Positions 39,305 through 47,228 of a DNA stretch of 64,000 nt are shown piece after piece. Made by a program: the position numbers and the translations under genes. Under the pieces are notes generated by a model, which searched no databases, was not told the DNA's origin, and saw only the letters and a list, made by a program, of their open reading frames with translations. Location: positions 68,027-132,026 of the IMG/VR virus record IMGVR_UViG_3300027795_000039. One strand, written 5' to 3'. The DNA is from a virus. Positions within the stretch are counted from its first letter, which is position 1; every line of letters starts with the position of its first letter.

Positions 39305-39558
39305 GCATTGATATCATCACATGGCTGGGATCACCGGCTGGTGATGAGTGGCGACGAGCTAATTTTAGCGGTATCGGCTTCATTGCTTCAATAAAATGGG
39401 ATGTGGAATGCGATCCATCACCTGGTTCATATTACTGGCGTGGTGCCTGGCGTCCCGGGCACTTCAAATCAGAAGTAGCATACTTCGATGCAAAAGAAGA
39501 TCGTAGCCTCGGCCCCGAGTATTGCGCTCATCCCATAGCGAAAGGCAAAAATGAGTAA
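39301..39558 (+). CDS. hypothetical protein
   Basis: ATGA coupling with the upstream gene. Confidence 0.6.
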   Translation: MSIDIITWLGSPAGDEWRRANFSGIGFIASIKWDVECDPSPGSYYWRGAWRPGHFKSEVAYFDAKEDRSLGPEYCAHPIAKGKNE

Positions 39559-39817
39559 CATCGACATGAAGCTAGAACGTGGCCTGCTAACTGCGGCAAT
39601 TGACCAGATCGCAGCGTATGACAAGCGAGAAAACGAGCTGCTACACGAGCTTAAGGAAGTTCGCAATCAGCGAGCAGAAGTCGATGGCTTCGTGCAACGG
39701 ATCATGGTCGACTGTGAAGAATCTCGGTTGAGTAGCGACAACTTCCGAGAACTACTCGATGGTATCCTGCATCAGGTATCAGTATCGCTGACGCGGCATT
39801 CATTCCGAGGGGTGTAG
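39551..39817 (+). CDS. hypothetical coiled-coil protein
   Basis: Coupled ORF. Confidence 0.65.
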   Translation: MSNIDMKLERGLLTAAIDQIAAYDKRENELLHELKEVRNQRAEVDGFVQRIMVDCEESRLSSDNFRELLDGILHQVSVSLTRHSFRGV

Positions 39818-39818
39818 C

Positions 39819-40214
39819 ATGATTCAACCTCGCTCGAATATTATCATCACACGTGCTGTGCAAACATCAATAGCGTGTCCCAGTCAGTGGGACTTGTATG
39901 ATGCGGATGATAATTACTACTACGCTCGTTTCCGACACGGATGCGGTTCACTACGCCAGTACACGACATCAGACTGGGTAGACGCACCAGAATCAGCACT
40001 CGTTGGCCACGTTGCGTCATTCCAACGTGAAATTCCAGATGATCCAGACTGGGTATACGATGGTGATATATCACTGGAGGAGTTCGCTCAGCGCGCTGGG
40101 TTCACGCTGGCTCTCGAATCGTACACCAGTTTCGGTGATCACGTTCGGGACGAACTCGTAACTAATGGCCTGCTATTTCTGTTGAGCGACGAAGAAAAAG
40201 GAAACAGGGAATGA
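39819..40214 (+). CDS. hypothetical protein
   Basis: ACPSQWD..YYARFRHG motif; GAGGGG RBS. Confidence 0.7.
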   Translation: MIQPRSNIIITRAVQTSIACPSQWDLYDADDNYYYARFRHGCGSLRQYTTSDWVDAPESALVGHVASFQREIPDDPDWVYDGDISLEEFAQRAGFTLALESYTSFGDHVRDELVTNGLLFLLSDEEKGNRE

Positions 40215-40618
40215 GAACCACACCGGAGAACATCACCGAGCTCGCTGACAATGAAATTTTTGTCTTCGGCTCGAACCTACTTGGTATCCACGGCAGTGGA
40301 GCGGCTAAGACAGCACGTGAATTGTTCGGCGCTAAGCTAGGCGTGGAAGAAGGACTCACCGGTAACTGCTACGCATTCCCAACTGTCACCAGGCCGGCAA
40401 CCAGATCCAGCCTGAACAGCGCACTAACCACGTACCAGCTTACCCGTGAGCATCTACAGCAAGTACGTGACCGGTTGTATACCGTTGCCCGTGATCTACC
40501 TAAAATGACGTTCCTGCTCACCAAGGTGGGCTGTGGCCTGGCTGGTTACCCCGAAGAGTACATGTCGAGCCTGTTCACAGATAGCCCAGCAAACATTATC
40601 AAACCACTCGGCTGGTAA
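40211..40618 (+). CDS. macrodomain-like protein (putative ADP-ribose binding or hydrolase)
   Basis: IFVFGSN..GIHGSGAA..YAFPT..TKVGCGLAG. Confidence 0.7.
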   Translation: MRTTPENITELADNEIFVFGSNLLGIHGSGAAKTARELFGAKLGVEEGLTGNCYAFPTVTRPATRSSLNSALTTYQLTREHLQQVRDRLYTVARDLPKMTFLLTKVGCGLAGYPEEYMSSLFTDSPANIIKPLGW

Positions 40619-40630
40619 AACGTACGTGCA

Positions 40631-40641
40631 TGTGGTATAGT
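40631..40641 (+). promoter_or_regulatory. extended -10 promoter for the ncRNA
   Basis: TGTGGTATAGT, same as the other cassette promoters. Confidence 0.7.
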
Positions 40642-40647
40642 AGTTCT

Positions 40648-40811
40648 AGAGCGCAAGCCGAAGATGAAGCCAAGACTCAAAAAACTCGCATCATTAACCG
40701 GAGAACGTGGTTCGATACCACGGTGGGGTACCGTGCCCCACTAGCTCAAGGAGAGCGCCGGGAGCGAGAATGAAGATCCTCTTGTTTCGCTCTGAAGCTG
40801 AAACCGCTTGA
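40648..40811 (+). ncRNA. Y-RNA (YrlA)-like RNA, permuted tRNA module 1 (core 40698-40761)
   Basis: CCGG-AGAA-[CGTGG TTCGATA CCACG]-[GTGGGGT ACCGT GCCCCAC]-TA-[GCTC AAGGA GAGC]-G-CCGG, i.e. T arm, loop-closed acceptor stem, D arm. Confidence 0.75.
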
Positions 40812-40813
40812 CA

Positions 40814-40953
40814 CCAGCCAGATCAACTAGTTACGTGCTAGACTTCGGGAGATCGCGGGTTCGATCCCTGCCGGGAGCACTTCATGCTCCTGTGGAGTAG
40901 TGGCAACTCACCCGGTCACAGATGGACACGTAACTTTAAACGCCGCTGGCTGG
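40814..40953 (+). ncRNA. Y-RNA (YrlA)-like RNA, permuted tRNA module 2 (core 40846-40914)
   Basis: CGGG-AGATC-[GCGGG TTCGATC CCTGC]-[CGGGAGCA CTTCA TGCTCCTG]-TG-[GAGT AGTGGCA ACTC]-A-CCCG; closing helices AGTTACGTG/CACGTAACT and CCAGCCAG/CTGGCTGG. Confidence 0.8.
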
Positions 40954-40989
40954 AAATGATGGCGATAATCTTACAGATTATCTCTTTTA

Positions 40990-41019
40990 GCCCGGCACGG
41001 AAGGTTATCCGTGCCGGGC
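40990..41019 (+). terminator. perfect 12-bp GC hairpin between ncRNA and downstream gene
   Basis: GCCCGGCACGGA-AGGTTA-TCCGTGCCGGGC; no U-tract on the + strand. Confidence 0.55.
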
Positions 41020-41043
41020 ACCAAACTGTATGGAGGTATTACT

Positions 41044-41781
41044 GTGTCACGTTCACTCGGTGAAGTCGTCGCAATCGAGAAGGTTGCCCGGCAGCGCGCG
41101 AACAAGCAAACTGGTGAAGTTCACAAGCTCGGGCAGAAAGAGGTCGTCTTTACTGGCTTGTCTCGGACCTACACGCCATTTGATGATGATGATATCGTGC
41201 GGCTACCGCCTGAGGGTAACCAGGTTCAAGAATACGCTGAGAACCTGCTTAGCAGGTTCGCAAACGCGTTGTCACCAGCGCTCGACCTTGCGGCAACCAA
41301 GGACGAGGCTAATACTCAGGCTCGCGGTGATGTGATCGTAGATAACCAGACCATCCTGCCGCAGGTACCAGTATCACATCTGTTGTTTCTCGAGCATCAG
41401 CTCGTGGAGGTTCGCGCGTTCATCACTGCACTTGTCACTCGCAACCCAGCGCAGACCTGGCATCCGAATACGGAAACTGGAGTCTGGGAAGCAGATTCGG
41501 TTAGTACCGCACGTAAGGTACGGCAAGAAACACCAATCGTCCTGTACCCAGCGACAACAGAGCACCCAGCGCAGGTTAAGACCACAATCGTGGACCAGGC
41601 AGTTGGTACCTGGACGAACGTGGACTTGTCCGGTGCGATCTCAGAGAGCCACAAGCGTGAGTTGTTGGCACGAGTGGATAAGCTGACGGACGCGGTGAAG
41701 ACTGCTCGGGAGCGTGCGAACCAGACACCAGCACCTGAAGTTCGCGTGGGTGAGGCGATCTTCGGTTACCTGTTCGTTTAA
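41044..41781 (+). CDS. conserved unknown protein (DUF7873-like from recollection), linked to the ncRNA
   Basis: GGAGG RBS then GTG 41044; GLSRTYTP..LPPE..ATKDEAN..VPVSHLLFLE..ATTEHPAQV..SGA..AVKTARERAN..GYLF. Confidence 0.8.
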   Translation: MSRSLGEVVAIEKVARQRANKQTGEVHKLGQKEVVFTGLSRTYTPFDDDDIVRLPPEGNQVQEYAENLLSRFANALSPALDLAATKDEANTQARGDVIVDNQTILPQVPVSHLLFLEHQLVEVRAFITALVTRNPAQTWHPNTETGVWEADSVSTARKVRQETPIVLYPATTEHPAQVKTTIVDQAVGTWTNVDLSGAISESHKRELLARVDKLTDAVKTARERANQTPAPEVRVGEAIFGYLFV

Positions 41782-43286
41782 TCACTCGTAGAGTCAAGAG
41801 CGACCCCGCACTTCGGGCAGGAGGTGCGGGGTTTCTTGGTTCCAGGATCGGTAATGGTAAACGGATGCTGGCATGACGCGCACTTGGTAACGCCGTAGGC
41901 GGCGAGGTATGAACCGCCGATGAGGTCCTTCAATGCGGTGATCGCGTAGGTCAATGCATCAACTCGGTCAGGTGATTCGCCCTCACCTGGTGTCCATCCG
42001 CACATCTGGTCTTCAAGGTATGGGAATGAACCGCAATGTGAAATTCTTCGCTGCTCATACAGGCTGCTAACTGGTTCAGCTCGCAGTGCCTTGCCACGCG
42101 TCGCTCGTACCGTCTGGTATGGTATGTTCGGGTCAATGGTTTTAAGCAACGTACCAATGAAGTCGCCACCCTGGTTCGTCTCAGCGATGACACGATCTGC
42201 CTCAAATTCATGATACACCGCGACAGCTTTTTTCATCGCCTCCATTGGCGTGGAACGAAGCGTGAAGTCACCGAGCACGTAGCCGCGGCCATTACGTGCT
42301 GCACCTGCCACGACGATGCCAGTCTGTGCGCTTGTCTCACCATCACTTACTGCGGGGTCAACGGCCACAACAACACGAATAAGATCCGGTACCAGTGATG
42401 GATCGGTAACACGTGTTTCATCAATCCAGTCGCGCTTCCACAGCGCACCAGGCACATCATCCAGGATTTCTGCTTCAAGTTCCTGGCGACCGAGGCGAGT
42501 ACCGAGAAGCGGGTCAATGACGTTTTCTTTGTATTCTTTGGACAAGTTTTCGATATTGTCCATGGTTCGACCACGCGTAATGATCGTAATCGGCCGTTGT
42601 AGAATCCCCATACGTGATGGATCAGGATCACTGGTACGAAGAAGCGCCACCGGACGTGGTGTCGTTGCGATAACCACCTGCGGCCGGTAATCTTCATCCC
42701 ACTCACGTTTTTTCGGAAGCCGAAGTGTGATCATCAAGTTTGACCACGTGGTATCAGCGGTTACACCCTTATGCGCGTCTTGCCAGAATGCCGCCTCATC
42801 TGCCCACGCGAAATTCCCTTGTGGTCCACGGAGTCGCCACGGTTTTTCGGCGGAAAAACTTTGGAAGATGGAGCCATTCTTCAGCTGGACGCGCAACCGT
42901 GACCGGTTGTAGCCGTTATCCTCACTGTCGTTTGGAAACTCATTCCGACTGAAACACGCCAGCAGTCCTGACTCTCCCTCAAGCATCGTGTCACGCACAT
43001 CGGCAAACGTTTTACCAATAAGCTCGATGCGAGCGCCAGGATAACGACGAGCTCTATCCGCGACAAACTCTGCGGCAGTCCTGGACTTACCCCAACCTCG
43101 GCCGGCAAGTATACACCAAACAGTCCAGCTCCCAGGCGGTGCCAGCTGTCCTGGCCGAGCTATCTCCGCCCACGGTCGCTTAACCGCCCCATCATCCACG
43201 TCCTTCAGCCGCTTCAGCTCAGCCTGAAGTTCACGGAGCTTTCGTAGCCGATCGAGCTTCGCTTCAGCGAGAGTGGCTACAGACAT
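41778..43286 (-). CDS. terL: terminase large subunit (Terminase_6-like)
   Basis: AGRGWGKS Walker A, LRGPQ..WADE Walker B, ATTP, VAVDPA..SPDRVDA nuclease motifs; C-terminal CxxC..CxxC. Confidence 0.95.
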   Translation of the reverse strand: MSVATLAEAKLDRLRKLRELQAELKRLKDVDDGAVKRPWAEIARPGQLAPPGSWTVWCILAGRGWGKSRTAAEFVADRARRYPGARIELIGKTFADVRDTMLEGESGLLACFSRNEFPNDSEDNGYNRSRLRVQLKNGSIFQSFSAEKPWRLRGPQGNFAWADEAAFWQDAHKGVTADTTWSNLMITLRLPKKREWDEDYRPQVVIATTPRPVALLRTSDPDPSRMGILQRPITIITRGRTMDNIENLSKEYKENVIDPLLGTRLGRQELEAEILDDVPGALWKRDWIDETRVTDPSLVPDLIRVVVAVDPAVSDGETSAQTGIVVAGAARNGRGYVLGDFTLRSTPMEAMKKAVAVYHEFEADRVIAETNQGGDFIGTLLKTIDPNIPYQTVRATRGKALRAEPVSSLYEQRRISHCGSFPYLEDQMCGWTPGEGESPDRVDALTYAITALKDLIGGSYLAAYGVTKCASCQHPFTITDPGTKKPRTSCPKCGVALDSTSD

Positions 43287-43290
43287 GGTA

Positions 43291-43319
43291 TGTACACCAA
43301 GGTGATAGTATGGTATAAT
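43291..43319 (+). promoter_or_regulatory. promoter back-to-back with the terL start
   Basis: TGTACA-N17-TATAAT. Confidence 0.75.
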
Positions 43320-43351
43320 AGAAATTAGGAACAGGAAGCAGGAGGAAACGG

Positions 43352-43615
43352 ATGTCAGTCCAGAACATCGACCCGAATATTCGGAAGTACGCCACCGAGT
43401 ACAACCGTGGCTGGCGAGCTAATGACAACGCGGACATCGACGCAGCTGGCAGTACCTCAGACGCCTGGTACGATGGCTACCATGACGCAGCTGCTGGCCG
43501 GCTGAAATGGACCTGGCGAAAGGCTCGGCTAGCTGGTTTTACTGACATGAACGAATACACAGACACGTTGACCGAGGCTCAGCGAGCGAAGATCCTGGGT
43601 ATCCGGCTGAGTTAG
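43352..43615 (+). CDS. hypothetical protein
   Basis: AGGAGG RBS. Confidence 0.7.
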   Translation: MSVQNIDPNIRKYATEYNRGWRANDNADIDAAGSTSDAWYDGYHDAAAGRLKWTWRKARLAGFTDMNEYTDTLTEAQRAKILGIRLS

Positions 43616-43644
43616 TTTACACCTGAGTGACTTATTGGTATACT
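43616..43644 (+). promoter_or_regulatory. promoter
   Basis: TTTACA-N17-TATACT. Confidence 0.75.
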
Positions 43645-43679
43645 GTTGTCAGGGACAGGAAAAACGAGGAGACATTCAC

Positions 43680-43829
43680 ATGAAGAAAATAATTCTCGAA
43701 GTTTCAAATTCAGACGCACAGGAAATCGCTAAGTGGATCGAGAATCATTCGATGATGCTGTTGTGTTCGACAGTTCCAGCGCTGCATCACTGGACCATTA
43801 ACACTGATCAAATCCAAATCGAGGAGTAA
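43680..43829 (+). CDS. hypothetical protein
   Basis: GAGGAG RBS, start MKKIIL. Confidence 0.6.
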   Translation: MKKIILEVSNSDAQEIAKWIENHSMMLLCSTVPALHHWTINTDQIQIEE

Positions 43830-43830
43830 A

Positions 43831-44049
43831 GTGCCTATCGTAACAACTAACAGCTGGACACTCGATCCAGGTACCAATCCTGGCATCGGGCCATACCGGC
43901 GAACTGCCCATGATGGTGTGAAGTGGGCGGTAATCTACCACTTGCGATTTGGCTGGCTGCTGTCAGCTGATAACAAGCCAGCCGGAAAGTTTCCCGATCT
44001 GCCGCGTGCGTTCAAAGGCGCAGCTGAAGCAGATGACTCTCGTCGGTAA
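43831..44049 (+). CDS. hypothetical protein
   Basis: GAGGAG RBS. Confidence 0.6.
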   Translation: MPIVTTNSWTLDPGTNPGIGPYRRTAHDGVKWAVIYHLRFGWLLSADNKPAGKFPDLPRAFKGAAEADDSRR

Positions 44050-44111
44050 CTGTTTACATCACGATGATGGTGTGATGTAAACATACCAACGGCAAAACAA
44101 AATGGAGGCTC

Positions 44112-44381
44112 ATGATGACATCACCAGACCGGTACTCGACATGTAAGTACTGCAAGGAAATCATCAAGCAGACTGGTGATGGACCCTGGACGAGAAGCAA
44201 GCTCGGCGGTCTCGGTGACGACCCGGAGTGCGTTAGCGCGCCGAATCCGGACTATGGACCGATGCCAGGTCATGAGCCCGGTGTCATCGCGGAGCGGCCC
44301 ATGGAATGGTCAGCAGACCCGAACCTGCCGAAGATGAAGATGCCACAAATTCCGTGGATCCCACGTGGAGTAAACGGTTGA
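44112..44381 (+). CDS. hypothetical protein
   Basis: GGAGG RBS; CKYC. Confidence 0.6.
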   Translation: MMTSPDRYSTCKYCKEIIKQTGDGPWTRSKLGGLGDDPECVSAPNPDYGPMPGHEPGVIAERPMEWSADPNLPKMKMPQIPWIPRGVNG

Positions 44382-44384
44382 TGC

Positions 44385-44663
44385 GTGAATGAATCAGATG
44401 ATCTGATCATCAGATGCAAGCAGATCACCACCGAAATTAACGGGCATCGTGATGCAATACTTACACTCAGCCAGGAGCGCGCTAGACTAATCATCGTGTT
44501 GAATCAGCGACATGGCATGACCACCCGTATCATCGCTAAGTATCTCGGAATTAGTAGTGCGCGTGTTGCCCAGATCATGAATCTGGTACGGTGGAAAACC
44601 GAAGTCGTGGTCCTATTTCCGGAATGTGATGATAAGCAGGTTGGTAACAGTCACGGAGATTGA
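44385..44663 (+). CDS. helix-turn-helix DNA-binding protein
   Basis: MTTRIIAKYLGISSARVAQIM. Confidence 0.7.
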   Translation: MNESDDLIIRCKQITTEINGHRDAILTLSQERARLIIVLNQRHGMTTRIIAKYLGISSARVAQIMNLVRWKTEVVVLFPECDDKQVGNSHGD

Positions 44664-44667
44664 AAAC

Positions 44668-44829
44668 TCAATCATGCCAGAAGTAACCACGTGGAATAAT
44701 CCCACCCAGCAGCACCAGCACGCCGATGGCACCAGTCAGGATGGCAATCGCATGATCTGGTGTTAGTTTACCTACCCACGTGATGACAGCAACGATGACA
44801 AGGACGATGCCAATGATCACTGATACCAT
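44668..44829 (-). CDS. 53-aa two-TM membrane protein (holin-like)
   Basis: Not in the ORF track; GGAAGGTG RBS; MVSVIIGIVLVIVAVITWVGKLTPDHAIAILTGAIGVLVLLGGIIPRGYFWHD. Confidence 0.65.
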   Translation of the reverse strand: MVSVIIGIVLVIVAVITWVGKLTPDHAIAILTGAIGVLVLLGGIIPRGYFWHD

Positions 44830-44848
44830 GACTAGTCACCTTCCGTTA

Positions 44849-44877
44849 TTTACAACGTGATGCTATTGTGGTATAGT
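44849..44877 (+). promoter_or_regulatory. promoter
   Basis: TTTACA-N17-TATAGT. Confidence 0.8.
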
Positions 44878-44919
44878 AGGTATGTAGGCAGGAACAGGAA
44901 CGAAAGAAAGAAGGCAGCG

Positions 44920-45249
44920 ATGCTCATCAAGCAAACTGGACCGGGTACCTTCGCCGCTGGTACCTCACTTGAACACGGTGGCAGCCTCGTGGATTACGCG
45001 CTGGATGCAGAGCGGTCCGCTCGCCCGAAGCGTGGTGATAGGTTTATCCACGCTCACTTCCTGAAGCTGGATGTCACCAGGCCGCAATCGGATGATGACT
45101 ACGAGGTTCGCGTTATTACCCACGTCACAGATACTGAAGTGTACCACATCGACGCGATCAGCTGGGATGATGGACACCAGCCACTCAAATCATACACGAT
45201 GTGCATTAGCCATGACCGGTTCTCGAGCATCGTGCGGCGGTGGATCTGA
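44920..45249 (+). CDS. hypothetical protein
   Basis: Start MLIKQT after an A/G-rich leader. Confidence 0.6.
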   Translation: MLIKQTGPGTFAAGTSLEHGGSLVDYALDAERSARPKRGDRFIHAHFLKLDVTRPQSDDDYEVRVITHVTDTEVYHIDAISWDDGHQPLKSYTMCISHDRFSSIVRRWI

Positions 45250-45569
45250 TGAGTATCGCAAATCGTCAGTTCGCTCGGATCATCGACCACATCTACGTGA
45301 GCACCAAGCCTGGTTACAACTACGAGATCAACGAGGTAATCCGAGGACGCGTATCACGTTATAAGTCACGTGAGGCAACAAAAGTCGCAACACTGGCGGC
45401 TGCCAGGGAAGCATCTCCACGCGGTGACATCTCACCTAGTCATTTCGAGTGGTACCAGTTCCATCGCGTGTACCGCGTGTCGATTCGAGTTCGTGGTAAC
45501 CGTGATGACCTGCTTCGGTTCGCACGAGTTGGATACAAGCTGTGGACTGGAAAAGAAGCGCCACTATGA
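45249..45569 (+). CDS. hypothetical basic protein
   Basis: TGATG coupling. Confidence 0.6.
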   Translation: MSIANRQFARIIDHIYVSTKPGYNYEINEVIRGRVSRYKSREATKVATLAAAREASPRGDISPSHFEWYQFHRVYRVSIRVRGNRDDLLRFARVGYKLWTGKEAPL

Positions 45570-45826
45570 ACACGTGTGGTGACTGCGGTCAAAAAATCTG
45601 GTATGACGACACGCAGGAACGCTGGCAGAACCAGGACTGGCAAACATGGTGCAAGGGACCAGATGGTACTCGTCTTATCTGGATCCAGCAACACGCGCCA
45701 TCAGGTAACTTCCCAGTAAGATCACAGAGTCCACTCGGAGAAGTATGCCGGTGTATCGCTATGAATCGAGAGCACATCCACCGACTTGAAATTATACCAG
45801 ATGGCGAAGAACTGCAGCCGAATTAG
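45566..45826 (+). CDS. hypothetical Cys-containing protein
   Basis: ATGA coupling; MNTCGDCG. Confidence 0.55.
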   Translation: MNTCGDCGQKIWYDDTQERWQNQDWQTWCKGPDGTRLIWIQQHAPSGNFPVRSQSPLGEVCRCIAMNREHIHRLEIIPDGEELQPN

Positions 45827-46341
45827 TTATTGCTATCACTTTTCCGATACGTGCTAATTTCATTCTCGAGATCGCGAATCGCAGAATCGACGCTATCGAT
45901 GGTAAGGATCTCGGCACGGGCAGGCGCGTCCAAACCGAGAAGCTTCCGTCGCGATTCCTTTACTTTCAAGATGCGATCCATGCACTCTAGCAAGAATCGT
46001 GAATCTTCGAGTGGAATCTCATATTCATCTCTGATGATTCGGCCGTTGGAAACGAGAATATGCCGCGTTCGAATCTCTATCCATAGTGCACGCTCACACT
46101 CATCCAGTGATTGCAACTCTAGCAGACGCTGCTCATCTTTAGCGATACGAACGGTGTTGGCGAGTGCTCGCCTGATGGCGGCTGCAGCGTGGGCAGGGCC
46201 GTGAAAATCGAGTCGGTCTGCTACTTCCTGGAGTGACCAGCCAAGCGCACGCAGTCGTGTTGCTTCAACATCGCGTGTGGCGCCACGTAGCTTTCCAGAA
46301 CGACCTGACCGAGGCAGGGGGAGCAGGATTTCTTCAGACAT
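45823..46341 (-). CDS. terS: terminase small subunit
   Basis: N-terminal HTH (LRALGWSLQEVADRL), coiled coil, RRKLLGLDAP; upstream of terL on the same strand. Confidence 0.75.
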   Translation of the reverse strand: MSEEILLPLPRSGRSGKLRGATRDVEATRLRALGWSLQEVADRLDFHGPAHAAAAIRRALANTVRIAKDEQRLLELQSLDECERALWIEIRTRHILVSNGRIIRDEYEIPLEDSRFLLECMDRILKVKESRRKLLGLDAPARAEILTIDSVDSAIRDLENEISTYRKSDSNN

Positions 46342-46345
46342 GTTA

Positions 46346-46374
46346 TTTACACCAGGCCATCACTATGGTATAAT
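46346..46374 (+). promoter_or_regulatory. promoter back-to-back with the terS start
   Basis: TTTACA-N17-TATAAT. Confidence 0.8.
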
Positions 46375-46380
46375 AGGAAT

Positions 46381-46608
46381 ATGGAACAGGAAAAGAACAG
46401 CGAAACCTCAGTCACTGAATTACACTACCAAGTCTGGCGAAAGCAAGATGGCCAGCTGAAGCGGTTGGGCGGCTACTTTGATACACCTGAAAAAGCCGCT
46501 GGACGCCTCAACTTTGAGCGGACGATGAGTGTGTCACCAGCCGAGTTCGGTATCGAGGTCGTTGAGGTAACTAGAACCTCCAAGGGTGTCACCTGGGCAA
46601 CTAAGTAG
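46381..46608 (+). CDS. hypothetical protein
   Basis: ATG at the predicted transcription start. Confidence 0.55.
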   Translation: MEQEKNSETSVTELHYQVWRKQDGQLKRLGGYFDTPEKAAGRLNFERTMSVSPAEFGIEVVEVTRTSKGVTWATK

Positions 46609-46622
46609 GATTCAGCCATCTG

Positions 46623-46651
46623 TTTACACCAGGCCATCGGTTTGGTATAAT
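46623..46651 (+). promoter_or_regulatory. promoter
   Basis: TTTACA-N17-TATAAT; shares TTTACACCAGGCCATC with 46346. Confidence 0.8.
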
Positions 46652-46687
46652 GAAATCACAGGAACAGGAAAAGGAAGAGAGACTCAG

Positions 46688-46924
46688 ATGAGCATCACAC
46701 CAGTTAACACACCGTTCGTTCCCAATTGGCAAACCTGGCGCAACGCCCGTACCATGTTGATGAACGACTTCAGCTACAACTTGATCACAGCTGGTAACCT
46801 GCTATGCGCCTCGCGTACTGTCGGCGAGAAGATGAGTTTCACCGTTGACAACGATGTTATCGTGTTGTTCCAGGTCCAGCAAGGTTCACTTATGTACGCC
46901 ATCGCAACTAGCGAGGTGATGTAA
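46688..46924 (+). CDS. hypothetical protein
   Basis: Start MSITPV after an A/G-rich leader. Confidence 0.6.
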   Translation: MSITPVNTPFVPNWQTWRNARTMLMNDFSYNLITAGNLLCASRTVGEKMSFTVDNDVIVLFQVQQGSLMYAIATSEVM

Positions 46925-46925
46925 A

Positions 46926-47228
46926 ATGCTCTACAACCGGAACCAAACCATAACCGAGGTAAAACGGAATGGTGCTGGTACCGAAACCTGGGGGCCTAAC
47001 TTCTGGATGAAGACCGGTCACTGTCGCCGGTGCGATAACGGCCTCGGTCACACTAATCGCCGCCGTGGTGCGGGTGGTGAGAAACCAACTGGCACACTTC
47101 TGGCTCGCCCAGGTGCTCACATCTACCAAGACGAGATAGCTCCTGGCGAGAAGGTGACACTGCGTCGCCGGGTTCGGTACCGTGAAAAAGCTAATGTTCG
47201 CCAGCTGATTCGAGAGGAACTCACGTGA
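46926..47228 (+). CDS. hypothetical Arg-rich protein
   Basis: GAGGTG RBS. Confidence 0.6.
   Translation: MLYNRNQTITEVKRNGAGTETWGPNFWMKTGHCRRCDNGLGHTNRRRGAGGEKPTGTLLARPGAHIYQDEIAPGEKVTLRRRVRYREKANVRQLIREELT

Noticed and set aside
40698-40914. Canonical tRNA genes
   Set aside because: The T arm precedes the D arm, the acceptor stem is closed by a loop, and there is no anticodon loop or free CCA end. Joining the D arm of module 1 to the T arm of module 2 gives a mismatched acceptor stem.
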